From the sequence record SRR22947727_309: a DNA stretch of 36,108 nt; one strand, 5' to 3'. The position numbers and the translations under genes are program-made. Under the pieces are notes generated by a model, which was not told the DNA's origin, ran no database searches, and was given only the letters and a program-made list of their open reading frames with translations. Shown piece after piece: positions 10,587 through 20,922 of this stretch; within the stretch, counting starts at the first letter, position 1; the number at the start of each line of letters is the position of its first letter.

Positions 10587-11483
10587 TCAATAGTTCCAGC
10601 TTCGTGTTACTCGCATAAGGAACTCTCTGAAAACTTTAGCTCTTACAGAGCCTCTCAATTCACTGGGGTATACGAAAAAAACATCAAAACTTTCTCCTTT
10701 TACCTGTGGTAATATTCTTACTAATCTTCGTGATAGTGCAGTCATGTAATCTGGAATACCAGCTACTCCAATACCTGCCTCAGCTGCCCTCATAATTCCA
10801 TGAAGGTTATTAACACAGAGAATAGGTGTTCTTGTGTTGCTATCAGAACCAGCTTTGAGGACCCAATTAGTACTATGAAGGCGCGAGGGTTTTAGGTCAC
10901 CGAATGCAATTATATTATGATTATCTAGATCTTGAGCAGAGGTTGGTGCTCCAAATTTGGCGAGATATGAATGTGATGCATAAAGGCTTTGCGATATAGT
11001 GCCTAGCTTTCTTTCAATAACATCTCCTTGTGTTGATGGCCAAGGTCTTAATGCGCAATCTACATCAAAGGCGGAGAGGTCATGTTCTTCATCTTCAAGG
11101 ATTAATTGCACATCAATCTCTGGGTAAGCTTCTATAAATTCAGGCAAAACAGATGTTAGCCAATTAGCCCCTAATGATGTTGGAGCTGATACTCTAAGTA
11201 CACCTTGAGGTTTGTTTCGGCTATCAATCACTGATGCTTGCGCAAGAGCTACTTTATGAGCCATCTCGCGAGCAGTATTGTATAAAATGCGGCCCTGTTC
11301 TGTGAGAGTTAATCCTCTTGCATGTCTATGGAATAAAGGTGTGTTTAAGCTATCTTCTAAGGCTGAGATTTGCCGTGAAACTGCAGATTGCGATATTTTT
11401 AAAAGCTCTGAAGCTGCTGTGAGTGAACCAGTCTCTGCAGCAGCATGAAATGTTTTAACTTTATCCCAATCTAAACTGTCCAC
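10587..11483 (-). CDS. LysR family transcriptional regulator, LsrB/VtlR-like
   Basis: MDSLDWDKVKTFHAAAETGSLT..SQSAVSRQISALE..LFHRHARGL.LTEQG HTH, typical of the LsrB/VtlR group. Lies downstream of trxB. Confidence 0.92.
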   Translation of the reverse strand: MDSLDWDKVKTFHAAAETGSLTAASELLKISQSAVSRQISALEDSLNTPLFHRHARGLTLTEQGRILYNTAREMAHKVALAQASVIDSRNKPQGVLRVSAPTSLGANWLTSVLPEFIEAYPEIDVQLILEDEEHDLSAFDVDCALRPWPSTQGDVIERKLGTISQSLYASHSYLAKFGAPTSAQDLDNHNIIAFGDLKPSRLHSTNWVLKAGSDSNTRTPILCVNNLHGIMRAAEAGIGVAGIPDYMTALSRRLVRILPQVKGESFDVFFVYPSELRGSVRAKVFREFLMRVTRSWNY

Positions 11484-11493
11484 TAGCTATTCA

Positions 11494-12456
11494 CTACTCA
11501 GTGGCCTCAGATAGAGCTTCTTGCTCAGTCAGAAACCGCTCCGCCTCCAAAGCACCCATACACCCTAATCCTGCTGCAGTTACGGCTTGACGATAGGTTT
11601 CATCTGAAACATCCCCAGTAGCAAATACTCCGGGTACATTTGTTGCTGTGCTGTCTGGTGCAGTGGAAATATACCCACCCTCATTCATCTCAACATGACC
11701 TTTAAATACATCTGTTGAAGGTTTGTGACCTATAGCGATAAAAACTCCATGTGTGTCTCGTTTGAAAACGTTACCTGTTTTTAAATTTCTTAATTTTACG
11801 CCTGTTACACCTATTGGGTTATCATCCCCAAGAATTTCAACAAGTGCTGTGTCCCATAAAACCTCGATTTTTTCATGATTAATAAGCCTATGCTGCAGAA
11901 TTTTTTCTGCACGCAAAGTATCGCGGCGATGAACAAGTGTAACTTTTGATGCAAAGTTAGTTAAGAATAAAGCTTCTTCTACGGCTGTATTTCCACCTCC
12001 AATAACTATTACTTCTTTGTTTCTATAAAAAAATCCATCGCAAGTAGCACAAGCTGACACACCAAAACCTTGAAACTTTACTTCTGTAGGTAGACCCAGC
12101 CATTTAGCTTGAGCCCCAGTGGCAATTATCACAGCATCTGATGTGTATAGTTTTCCACTATCACCAAACATTTTGAATGGTTTTGTTGTAAAATCAACAT
12201 TTATGATTGTGTCCTCATAAAAGCTTGTTCCAAACTTAAGGGCATGCTCTTTGAACTTTTCCATAAGCTCTGGACCCTGTATTTCCGGAAAACCTGGATA
12301 ATTTTCCACATCAGTTGTAATAGTTAATTGCCCACCAGGTTGTAGGCCAGAGATTATCGCAGGTTCAATCATAGCACGTGCCGCATATACTGCTGCAGTG
12401 TAACCTGCTGGACCTGAGCCAATAATAATGACTTTATGGTGAATAGTTTCTGTCAT
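11494..12456 (-). CDS. trxB: Thioredoxin-disulfide reductase
   Basis: GSGPAGYTAA, GGQLTITTDVENYPG, CATC redox motif, GGGNTAVEEA and YRQAVTAAG.GC. Confidence 0.98.
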   Translation of the reverse strand: MTETIHHKVIIIGSGPAGYTAAVYAARAMIEPAIISGLQPGGQLTITTDVENYPGFPEIQGPELMEKFKEHALKFGTSFYEDTIINVDFTTKPFKMFGDSGKLYTSDAVIIATGAQAKWLGLPTEVKFQGFGVSACATCDGFFYRNKEVIVIGGGNTAVEEALFLTNFASKVTLVHRRDTLRAEKILQHRLINHEKIEVLWDTALVEILGDDNPIGVTGVKLRNLKTGNVFKRDTHGVFIAIGHKPSTDVFKGHVEMNEGGYISTAPDSTATNVPGVFATGDVSDETYRQAVTAAGLGCMGALEAERFLTEQEALSEATE

Positions 12457-12665
12457 CTGAAATCTCGTTAAATTTATAGAAATATCTTATAAAATAAATA
12501 GAGGATTCGCAAATTGAAGAACCATTATAATTGTGCACAGATTATGTCATGGTTTAATAATCGAACTTCCAGTCAGAATTTTATGCGACTTTCATACTAA
12601 AAAGACCCTGAAAAATCAAAATTAATAAAATTATAACAAGTTCTAGAACTGAACCAATACGTCAA

Positions 12666-13652
12666 TTAGCAAAATTTACTACGAGACTGATATTTATCAT
12701 ACCTTAACCAAAATTTTGTTGCTATTAAATGAGTTTCTTTCAGAGGTTTATAATTATTAGTATTAAAATCACCATTGAAATAGGAAATATTACATCGATT
12801 TTTGAGAACTCTATTTAGCTCTTTAAACTTTTTAGTGCCTCCGGATACAGGAAGGGTGAAAACTTTCCCCCCCACAGATGCTGCTTCAGTTACCATATTT
12901 GCACTATCTTCTGTGACTAATATTATATCTGATTTTTCTAAAAAGGCATAGTAAGGGTTCTCCCCTTTTCCGAAATACCCCCAGACTGATTCATATTCAT
13001 CGCTTAATTCTTTGTATTCCTCCATGACCCATTTTGGGGTACGTCGTGAAGTTGTAATAAAAATTGAAAAATTTTGTTTAATTAAGCTCTTGAAAACCTG
13101 AATATGATTGAAATGATTTTCTTTAGTTAACTTATGATTTTTTGAATTACCTCCAATACATATAGTAGCTCGAGGTGCAGGGAAGTCATTGATTTTTTTT
13201 GAGAATTTTTGTGATTTAATTTTTAAGAGATTTTTAGTTATCCGATTGGGGGGGCCAATCATAGATATTATGTTTTTACCCTTGAGGTCATCATGCTTAG
13301 GCGCAATTATTAGGTCAAAATTATTATTTTTATACTTAGGATCTTGGATGTAAATAGTATATATATTTGGATTTTTTTCTTTTAAATCAATTAGGTGTGC
13401 AATGGCATGTCTGCCACAACCTATTGCTATGTCCACATTTTGATCTTTAATTTTATGTATTTTAAATGTTTTATTTAAAATATACTGCAAATAGGTAGGC
13501 AGTTTGTTGAAGATTCTAAAGTTTTCTAGCGCAGTTTCCGAATAATTTAAGGGTCGGATGTTATTTATAGCTTCTGCAAACCCTATTGCTTGGTTTCTAT
13601 TACCTTGGCGTCCGTCCGTTACTATCAAGCAATTAGGTGTTCCTGATTTCAT
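12666..13652 (-). CDS. Mitochondrial fission ELM1 family protein (DUF1022, GT-B-like fold)
   Basis: TDGRQGNRNQA, IQDP, FDLIIAPKHD, IGGNS, TTSRRTP, GENPY and VTEDSANMVTEA. Start overlaps the greA stop. Confidence 0.9.
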   Translation of the reverse strand: MKSGTPNCLIVTDGRQGNRNQAIGFAEAINNIRPLNYSETALENFRIFNKLPTYLQYILNKTFKIHKIKDQNVDIAIGCGRHAIAHLIDLKEKNPNIYTIYIQDPKYKNNNFDLIIAPKHDDLKGKNIISMIGPPNRITKNLLKIKSQKFSKKINDFPAPRATICIGGNSKNHKLTKENHFNHIQVFKSLIKQNFSIFITTSRRTPKWVMEEYKELSDEYESVWGYFGKGENPYYAFLEKSDIILVTEDSANMVTEAASVGGKVFTLPVSGGTKKFKELNRVLKNRCNISYFNGDFNTNNYKPLKETHLIATKFWLRYDKYQSRSKFC

Positions 13653-14125
13653 TATTTATAATTGACTTCAATTATTTCATAAGCCTTAGATCCACCTGGA
13701 GCTATTACCTCAAAAGAGTCACCTATTTCTTTTGAGATCATGGCTCTTGCTATTGGGGAGGTGATAGAAACCTTACCGTCTTTGACGCTTGCTTCATCTT
13801 CACCAACTATTTGGTAGGTGCTTTCAACATCTGTATCTTCATTTACAATTTTAACAATTGCACCAAATTTTACTGTTTCACCACTCATTGTTGATGTATC
13901 TATGACCTGCGCAAGCGATAATTTGCTTTCGAGCTCTTGTATTCGCCCCTCGATAAAGCCTTGTTTTTCTTTTGCAGCATGATATTCGGCATTTTCTGAA
14001 AGATCGCCATGCTCTCTGGCAACGGATATTGCATTTATTATATAGGGTCTTTCAACAGATTTAAGGTTTTTTAGTTCAGCTTCTAGAGTAGCATGTCCGG
14101 CTACTGTCATAGGGTACTTTTGCAT
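13652..14125 (-). CDS. greA: Transcription elongation factor GreA
   Basis: [18 protein letters not shown] and [11 protein letters not shown]. Confidence 0.98.
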   Translation of the reverse strand: MQKYPMTVAGHATLEAELKNLKSVERPYIINAISVAREHGDLSENAEYHAAKEKQGFIEGRIQELESKLSLAQVIDTSTMSGETVKFGAIVKIVNEDTDVESTYQIVGEDEASVKDGKVSITSPIARAMISKEIGDSFEVIAPGGSKAYEIIEVNYK

Positions 14126-14268
14126 TTTTAACTTCCCAAATTATTAAGGCGCGGAGAAATAGAGACTTTTCTAAGATAATCAAGTGATAAGGTGGCTTTC
14201 TCACATTTCCATTTTCTTAAGTCCAAACCTACTTACGATCCTTACTCTGTACTTATTTTTTTATAATC

Positions 14269-14337
14269 TAATTATTAATTATTAATTATTAGTTTTTAAT
14301 TTTTGGTTTTTACAGTGTATATTATATTATATTATAT
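14269..14337. repeat. AT-only short tandem repeats (TAATTAT)x3 and (TATAT)x4
   Basis: Read directly at 14269-14289 and 14318-14337 in the carB-greA intergenic region. Confidence 0.7.
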
Positions 14338-14402
14338 TAAATTTATTGGAAAAAGTGATTCCAAAATTGATAAAATAGTGATCAAAATTTAAATTTTTTA
14401 GA

Positions 14403-17400
14403 TTAATTTCCAGAAGCTATTGCTTGGAGGCTTTCAACTTCATAACCGCTATGTGCAAGATCTTTTATAGCCTCAACTGTTGCCTTTGAGGCTGCTGCTG
14501 TTGTAAAATAGGGTATCTTTTGCGTTAAAGCAGTACGACGGAGGCTAAAGCTATCTTTTAGGCTTTGCTTCCCACTAGTAGTATTAAACACCAGTGATAT
14601 ATCACCATTCTTCATAGCATCAATTACGTTTGGACGGCCTTCATGGAATTTTTTGATATATTCAACCTCAATTCCTTTAGATCTTAAGTATTTAGTTGTT
14701 CCACCGGTTGCCATTATTGAAAAACCTAAGTTAATAAGCTCTTGCGCCAATTCTGCCATTACATATTTGTGTTCATCCCTGACGGAAATAAAGACTTTAC
14801 CTGCAGCAGGTAAGCTTACACCACCCCCAAGTTGACTTTTTGCAAAAGCCATACCAAAGGTTTCTGCTAGACCCATCACCTCACCTGTTGAGCGCATTTC
14901 TGGTCCAAGGACTGTGTCAACACCAGGAAAACGCGCAAACGGAAAAACAGCTTCTTTTACTGCTATATATTTTTGGGCTTTAAGGGTTAAGTCAAATTCG
15001 GATAACTTTTTTCCAGCCATAACTTTTGCCGCGATATTAGCTATAGGTTGCCCTATTGCTTTAGCAACAAATGGAACAGTTCTTGATGCGCGAGGATTTA
15101 CTTCAATGAGGTATACTTCATTATCTTTTACTGCAAACTGAGTATTCATAAAACCAATGACACCAAGTTCAAGTGCTAATATTTTAGCTTGCCTGCCTAA
15201 TTCGCAAACTATTTCTTCTGATAATGTATATGGAGGCAAAGAACATGCTGAGTCACCTGAGTGTACTCCTGCCTCTTCAATATGCTCCATGATTCCTGCA
15301 ACATAAACTTCTGTACCATCGCAGATCACATCTACGTCTACTTCAATAGCATCTCTTAAGTATTGATCAATTAGAAGGGGTGATTTTCCAGATACTTTAA
15401 CAGCTTCTGTGATATAACGGTTAAACTCTTTGTCATTATCTACGATCTCCATTCCACGCCCACCAAGTACATTCGAAGGCCTTAAGACCAGTGGATATCC
15501 TACGACCTTAGAAGCTTCAGTGGCTTCTTTAACATTTCTTGCAATTGCATTGTTGGGTTGTTTTAGACCTAATTTTTCAATTAGATCTTTAAAGCGCTCA
15601 CGGTCTTCCGCTCTATCTAAGGCGTCTCTGTTCGTTCCAAGAAGTGGAATATTATTTGCTTCTAGTGCCTCAGCTAATTTTAAAGGCGTTTGACCTCCAA
15701 ATTGAACAATCACACCCTTTAAAGTTCCAAGTTTTTGTTCTGTCATTATTATTTCTAATACATCCTCTTCGGTTAAGGGTTCGAAATATAAACGATCAGA
15801 TGTGTCATAGTCTGTTGAAACAGTTTCTGGATTGCAGTTAACCATTATGGACTCAATTCCGATATCATTCAAAGCAAATGCAGCATGACAACAACAGTAA
15901 TCGAATTCAATACCTTGCCCTATTCGATTTGGCCCCCCTCCGAGTATAATAACTTTATCACGATTACTAACTCTGCTTTCATCATCTACAATACCTCCAA
16001 AACTGGGAGTTTCATAGGTTGAGTACATATAAGGTGTTTTGGCTTGAAATTCTGCAGCACATGTATCTACACGTTTGTAGACAGGTCTTACATTAAAGCT
16101 GCGCCTAGATTTCCTGACATTAATTTCACTATTTTTGGTAAGTTCTGCAATTCTTGCATCAGAAAACCCTTCTGACTTTATGGCTCTCCAGTCATTTTCA
16201 TTACTGGGTAAACCATTTTTTTGAAGCCATTCCTCAGTTAATGTTAAATTTTTAATTTCCCTTAAAAACCAGGGGTCAATTTTTGTGTACTGGTAAATTT
16301 TATCTGTAGTAAATCCTAGCCTATATGCTTGTGCAATAACAAGTAGTCGGTCGGGAGCAAGTATGGATAGGCGTGCTTTCATTGCCGAACGAAGCTCTTC
16401 TTTTGACATCTCACCAGTCGTATCAAGAATAATTTCATTTAAACCTGTTAAGTCAGTCTCTAAAGATCTCAATGCTTTTTGAAGGCTTTCAGAGAATGTT
16501 CTTCCAATTGCCATTGCTTCGCCAACAGACCTCATAGCTGTAGTTAATACAGGTTCTGCTCCAGGAAATTTCTCAAATGCAAAGCGTGGAATCTTTGTTA
16601 CTACATAATCAATAGTAGGTTCAAAAGCCGCTGGAGTAGCTCCTGTAATATCGTTATCTAGCTCATCAAGTGTATAACCTACTGCTAGTTTTGCTGCTAT
16701 TTTTGCAATTGGAAACCCTGTGGCTTTAGATGCTAGTGCTGAAGATCGTGAAACTCTTGGGTTCATTTCTATTACTACCATTCGTCCATCTTCAGGATTA
16801 ATTCCAAATTGAACATTCGAACCACCTGTTTCAACACCAATTTCTCTCAAAACGGCAATAGATGCATCTCTCATAACCTGATACTCTTTATCCGTTAGAG
16901 TTAATGCAGGCGCCACTGTGATTGAGTCACCTGTGTGCACACCCATTGGGTCAATATTCTCAATAGCACATATTATAATACAGTTGTCGGCTTTATCGCG
17001 CACAACTTCCATTTCATATTCTTTCCAACCGAGAAGACTTTCATCGACGAGTACTTGATTTGTTGGAGAAGCTGCTAGCCCAGATCTAACGATTTCTCTG
17101 TATTCCTCAATATTGTATGCGACACCGCCTCCAGTTCCTCCCAGTGTGAAAGCTGGCCGAATGATTGCAGGAAGCCCTGTATAATCCAACTTATCTACAG
17201 CTTCTGCAACCCCAGCAGATAAATCAGCTTCCCCTGTTTCATTTTTTGGGGCTGTGATAATTGTTGCTCTAGGGTTTTCTAAACCAATACTTGTCATTGC
17301 TTTTGCAAAACGTTCACGATTTTCCGCTTTATCAATTACATCGGCTTTTGCCCCAATCATTTCAACATTGTATTTTCTTAAAATACCATTTTGCTCAAGC

Positions 17401-17702
17401 GTTAAAGCTGTGTTTAAAGCTGTTTGACCGCCCATTGTTGGTAGTAATGCATCAGGTCTTTCCAATGATATAATTTTTTCAACTATATCTGGTGTAATAG
17501 GTTCGATATAAGTAGCATCTGCCATTTCTGGGTCTGTCATTATGGTGGCAGGGTTAGAGTTAACTAATATCACTCGATAACCTTCTTCTTTGAGTGCTTT
17601 ACAGGCTTGAACCCCTGAATAATCAAACTCACAGGCTTGACCAATAACAATGGGCCCAGCCCCAATTATAAGAATCGAGTGAATGTCTGTTCTTTTTGGC
17701 AT
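14403..17702 (-). CDS. carB: Carbamoyl-phosphate synthase large subunit
   Basis: [17 protein letters not shown], two ATP-grasp halves ([10 protein letters not shown] and EVNPRASRT) and a C-terminal MGS domain. Confidence 0.99.
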   Translation of the reverse strand: MPKRTDIHSILIIGAGPIVIGQACEFDYSGVQACKALKEEGYRVILVNSNPATIMTDPEMADATYIEPITPDIVEKIISLERPDALLPTMGGQTALNTALTLEQNGILRKYNVEMIGAKADVIDKAENRERFAKAMTSIGLENPRATIITAPKNETGEADLSAGVAEAVDKLDYTGLPAIIRPAFTLGGTGGGVAYNIEEYREIVRSGLAASPTNQVLVDESLLGWKEYEMEVVRDKADNCIIICAIENIDPMGVHTGDSITVAPALTLTDKEYQVMRDASIAVLREIGVETGGSNVQFGINPEDGRMVVIEMNPRVSRSSALASKATGFPIAKIAAKLAVGYTLDELDNDITGATPAAFEPTIDYVVTKIPRFAFEKFPGAEPVLTTAMRSVGEAMAIGRTFSESLQKALRSLETDLTGLNEIILDTTGEMSKEELRSAMKARLSILAPDRLLVIAQAYRLGFTTDKIYQYTKIDPWFLREIKNLTLTEEWLQKNGLPSNENDWRAIKSEGFSDARIAELTKNSEINVRKSRRSFNVRPVYKRVDTCAAEFQAKTPYMYSTYETPSFGGIVDDESRVSNRDKVIILGGGPNRIGQGIEFDYCCCHAAFALNDIGIESIMVNCNPETVSTDYDTSDRLYFEPLTEEDVLEIIMTEQKLGTLKGVIVQFGGQTPLKLAEALEANNIPLLGTNRDALDRAEDRERFKDLIEKLGLKQPNNAIARNVKEATEASKVVGYPLVLRPSNVLGGRGMEIVDNDKEFNRYITEAVKVSGKSPLLIDQYLRDAIEVDVDVICDGTEVYVAGIMEHIEEAGVHSGDSACSLPPYTLSEEIVCELGRQAKILALELGVIGFMNTQFAVKDNEVYLIEVNPRASRTVPFVAKAIGQPIANIAAKVMAGKKLSEFDLTLKAQKYIAVKEAVFPFARFPGVDTVLGPEMRSTGEVMGLAETFGMAFAKSQLGGGVSLPAAGKVFISVRDEHKYVMAELAQELINLGFSIMATGGTTKYLRSKGIEVEYIKKFHEGRPNVIDAMKNGDISLVFNTTSGKQSLKDSFSLRRTALTQKIPYFTTAAASKATVEAIKDLAHSGYEVESLQAIASGN

Positions 17703-17968
17703 TAAAATGAGCCTCTTTGAGATACGAATCTGGCAGAAAAACCAAACTGAACCTCTCTATAATTTCATTTATTAAAATGCAAGATTTTCTAGTCAAAGAA
17801 ATCCATTTTTAATTCATTTTATATACAAATATTATTTTGTATTTTGCATTGCGATTATTTTCTTGATTTATTTAACGGAATTTACATGATATTTTTAACA
17901 ACCAAAAATAAAGTCTTGCATTGTTTTTAATAAATTATTGTTTTAAAAAAATGCATAGGGGAATAAAA

Positions 17969-18997
17969 GTGACAGACAAAGTATTAGTAACCGGTTTTTC
18001 TGGTTTCATTGGTGCTAACATATCTAAAAAATTATTAGATAAAGGTTATAATCTGAGGGGAGCAGTAAGAAATTTAGATAAAGCCAATAAGATTGTAGAC
18101 GCCTTATCTGCAAGTGGATGTGACACATCAAATATTGAATTGGTTGAAGTCGAATTAGGTTCAGATGCGGGATGGAGTGATGCAGTAAAAGACTGTCGTT
18201 ACATCCAGCATACAGCATCACCACTACCAAATGAACCACCTACAGATAGAGAGGCATTGGTTCCAGAGGCTCGTGCGGGTGCCCAGAGGGTGCTTGAAAA
18301 TGGATATTCAGCCGGCGTAGAAAAAATAGTAATGACTTCTTCAATAGCCGCAATGACAGGAAGACCACACAAAGAAAAAGTACTTACCTTAAATGAAGAT
18401 AGCTGGTCTGACCCTGAGTGGAAATATATGACTTCTTACCCAATTTCAAAAACAAGAGCTGAGATTTCAGCATGGGCCTATACTGAAGCTCAGGGATTAA
18501 AATCAAAATTAACTACTATATGTCCAGGGCTTGTTTTTGGTCCGGATACTTTCGGAAATGCTGGTGCTTCACTTGGTCTTTTAAAATCTTTAATGATCGG
18601 AAATTTAGCGTATTTGCCTAAAGTTGGTATTCCTTTGATTGATGTTAGAGATTGTGCTTCAATTCATGTTTCAGCCATGACTTCTGAGCAAGCTGGAGGG
18701 CGTAGACTTTTAGCCACGGGGGAAACTCTTTGGTTCAAAGATATAGCAAATATATTAAGAAATGAATTTAAAGAATTAAAAAAAATACCAAAAAGTGAAA
18801 TGCCTAATTTTTTGTTCAAAGTTATTGCTATGTTTGATGATAGGGTGAAAATACTAGTTCAAGATCTAGGAAAATTTTATGACACTGATTCAATTTATGT
18901 GAATAATATGACTAAAGTAATTCCTAGACCAGCTAAACAAGCAATTATAGATGGTGCACACAGTTTAATTGCGAATGGATCTGTCCGCTTAAAGTGA
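17969..18997 (+). CDS. NAD-dependent epimerase/dehydratase (extended SDR, aldehyde reductase / DFR-like)
   Basis: VLVTGFSGFIG, HTASP, TSSIAA, YPISK (YxxxK) and IDVRD. GTG start at 17969 follows a GGGGA SD. Confidence 0.9.
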   Translation: MTDKVLVTGFSGFIGANISKKLLDKGYNLRGAVRNLDKANKIVDALSASGCDTSNIELVEVELGSDAGWSDAVKDCRYIQHTASPLPNEPPTDREALVPEARAGAQRVLENGYSAGVEKIVMTSSIAAMTGRPHKEKVLTLNEDSWSDPEWKYMTSYPISKTRAEISAWAYTEAQGLKSKLTTICPGLVFGPDTFGNAGASLGLLKSLMIGNLAYLPKVGIPLIDVRDCASIHVSAMTSEQAGGRRLLATGETLWFKDIANILRNEFKELKKIPKSEMPNFLFKVIAMFDDRVKILVQDLGKFYDTDSIYVNNMTKVIPRPAKQAIIDGAHSLIANGSVRLK

Positions 18998-19005
18998 CTT
19001 TCCTT

Positions 19006-20172
19006 TTATAGTGCCGCAGCAAATCGTTCAAACAAATAAAAACTATCCTTTGGCCCAGGACTAGCTTCTGGGTGGTGCTGAACAGAAAAAACAGGCTTTC
19101 CTTTAAGCTTTATTCCACAGTTAGTTCCATCAAAAAGGCTTACATGAGTTTCTTTGACATTTTCTGGGAGACTTTTTGCATCGACTGCAAAGCCATGGTT
19201 CATAGACACAATTTCAACCTTATTGGTGGTGTAGTCTTTAACAGGATGATTAGCTCCATGATGGCCTTGTGTCATTTTAATTGTTTTGGCTCCTAGTGCA
19301 AGTGCAAGCATTTGGTGTCCTAAGCATATTCCTAAAATTGGAATATTTGCAGATATAATATCTTGTATTATTGGTATTGCGAAGGTGCCTGTTGCTTCTG
19401 GGTCTCCAGGTCCATTACTCAAAACAACGCCATCAGGTTTTAAACTCAATATTTCTTTTGATGAAAGGCTTGAGGGAACAACAGTGACTTTAAGTCCTGC
19501 TGATACCAAGTTTCTCAAAATATTTCGTTTAACACCATAGTCTATAACTATAACTGATTTTAAACCATTTTTATTTCCATAGCCTCCAGGCCAAACCCAT
19601 TGACTTTCATCCCATTTAAAACTTTTGTTAGTTGATGATTTTGTTGCGAGATCAGATTTAATTATACCCTTCCAAGTTTTAGCTTTTTTTATTAATTCCT
19701 CAACTTTAAATATTCCGTCTGTTGAATGTGCTATGACGCCATTAAGCATACCATTGTCACGGATGAAGGATGTGAGTGCTCGCGTATCGATACCTGACAA
19801 ACCAATTATTCCTCGGTTTTTTAACCATATATCGAGATCGCTTTTTGATCGCCAGTTTGATGCTTTAGTTATAGAAGCTTTAAATATTGCTCCTCTGGCT
19901 GCACTTTTTCCTGCAGTACTTGATGCCTCTTCATCTTCATCGTTAGTTCCTGTGTTACCTATGTGTGGAAAGGTAAAGCACACAATTTGATCAGTATAAG
20001 ATGGATCTGTTAGTATTTCTTGATATCCGGTAATTGCTGTATTGAAGCAAACCTCACCTACAACGCTTCCTACCGCTCCATAGCCCTTTCCATAAAAAAC
20101 TTGGCCGTTCTCTAAAACTAAAATGCCAGTAATAAGTTCATTAATTACTTGATTTTCGGTTTTCATAGTCAT
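19006..20172 (-). CDS. carA: Carbamoyl-phosphate synthase small subunit
   Basis: GEVCFNTAITGYQE.LTDPSY, LSNGPGDP, GICLGHQ and QHHPEASPGP. Start is ATG 20172 or 20166. Confidence 0.98.
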   Translation of the reverse strand: MTMKTENQVINELITGILVLENGQVFYGKGYGAVGSVVGEVCFNTAITGYQEILTDPSYTDQIVCFTFPHIGNTGTNDEDEEASSTAGKSAARGAIFKASITKASNWRSKSDLDIWLKNRGIIGLSGIDTRALTSFIRDNGMLNGVIAHSTDGIFKVEELIKKAKTWKGIIKSDLATKSSTNKSFKWDESQWVWPGGYGNKNGLKSVIVIDYGVKRNILRNLVSAGLKVTVVPSSLSSKEILSLKPDGVVLSNGPGDPEATGTFAIPIIQDIISANIPILGICLGHQMLALALGAKTIKMTQGHHGANHPVKDYTTNKVEIVSMNHGFAVDAKSLPENVKETHVSLFDGTNCGIKLKGKPVFSVQHHPEASPGPKDSFYLFERFAAAL

Positions 20173-20386
20173 AAATCCCGGTATTAGCCTTTTTTGGGCA
20201 AGTAAGATATCTGAAAGGACTTTTAGCGAGAGAGACAAAGTATACAAGTAGCAAATGTTAAGTAATCAGCAATATAGCTCGAAATTTTATTTAAATTATA
20301 CAATTGTCTTATCTAATTATATCAGTTTTGTTTTTATTTATAAAACCATTGGTGATTTTGTAAACGTTTAAAGAATAAAAAAGCTT

Positions 20387-20848
20387 ATGGCTCTACGTGA
20401 TTCTATTTCAAATAATACTAAAACTGCTATGAAAAGTGGTGATAAAATTCGAGTATCAACTCTAAGGTTAATTTCTGCTGCTATTAAAGATCGTGATATA
20501 TCAGCACGAGCAGAAGACCGTTGTGAAGGAATTGCAGATACAGAGATACTGTCATTGTTGCAAAAAATGGTTCGACAGCGAGAAGAAAGCGCTAAAACGT
20601 ATGAAAACAACGGCAGACCAGAGCTAGCTGAACGTGAGTTAAGAGAAATAGATATAATAAGAGAATTCATGCCAAAACCACTCTCAGATTCTGAGATGCA
20701 TTTAGCTGTCACTGAAGCAGTCAAAGCTCATAATGCGACTTGTTTGAAGGATATGGGTAAAGTTATGGGTAGCTTAAAAGCACTATACGCGGGTCGACTT
20801 AATATGGGAAAGGCTGGCGCATTGGTTAAAGAGCATCTCTGTAATTAA
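20387..20848 (+). CDS. GatB/YqeY domain protein
   Basis: K.AMKSGDK.R.STLRLI.AAIKD, KMVRQREES...Y...GR.ELAE.E and KDMGKVM. Lies upstream of dnaG. Confidence 0.95.
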   Translation: MALRDSISNNTKTAMKSGDKIRVSTLRLISAAIKDRDISARAEDRCEGIADTEILSLLQKMVRQREESAKTYENNGRPELAERELREIDIIREFMPKPLSDSEMHLAVTEAVKAHNATCLKDMGKVMGSLKALYAGRLNMGKAGALVKEHLCN

Positions 20849-20922
20849 TAGTTCAGTGCATTTTTTATGCTTATTTTTAGTTAAGATTCGCAAAAATTAT
20901 TTTATAATACTAAGTTGATGTT

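Noticed and set aside
14126-14402. Possible replication origin or hidden small gene in the AT-rich gap
   Set aside because: No DnaA-box cluster or typical origin-flanking genes recognised, and only trivial ORFs.
20173-20247. Extended carA N-terminus, and similar extensions of pgk, the SDR, tesB and the TPR gene
   Set aside because: These come from longest-ORF calling. Downstream starts fit family length and avoid overlaps.
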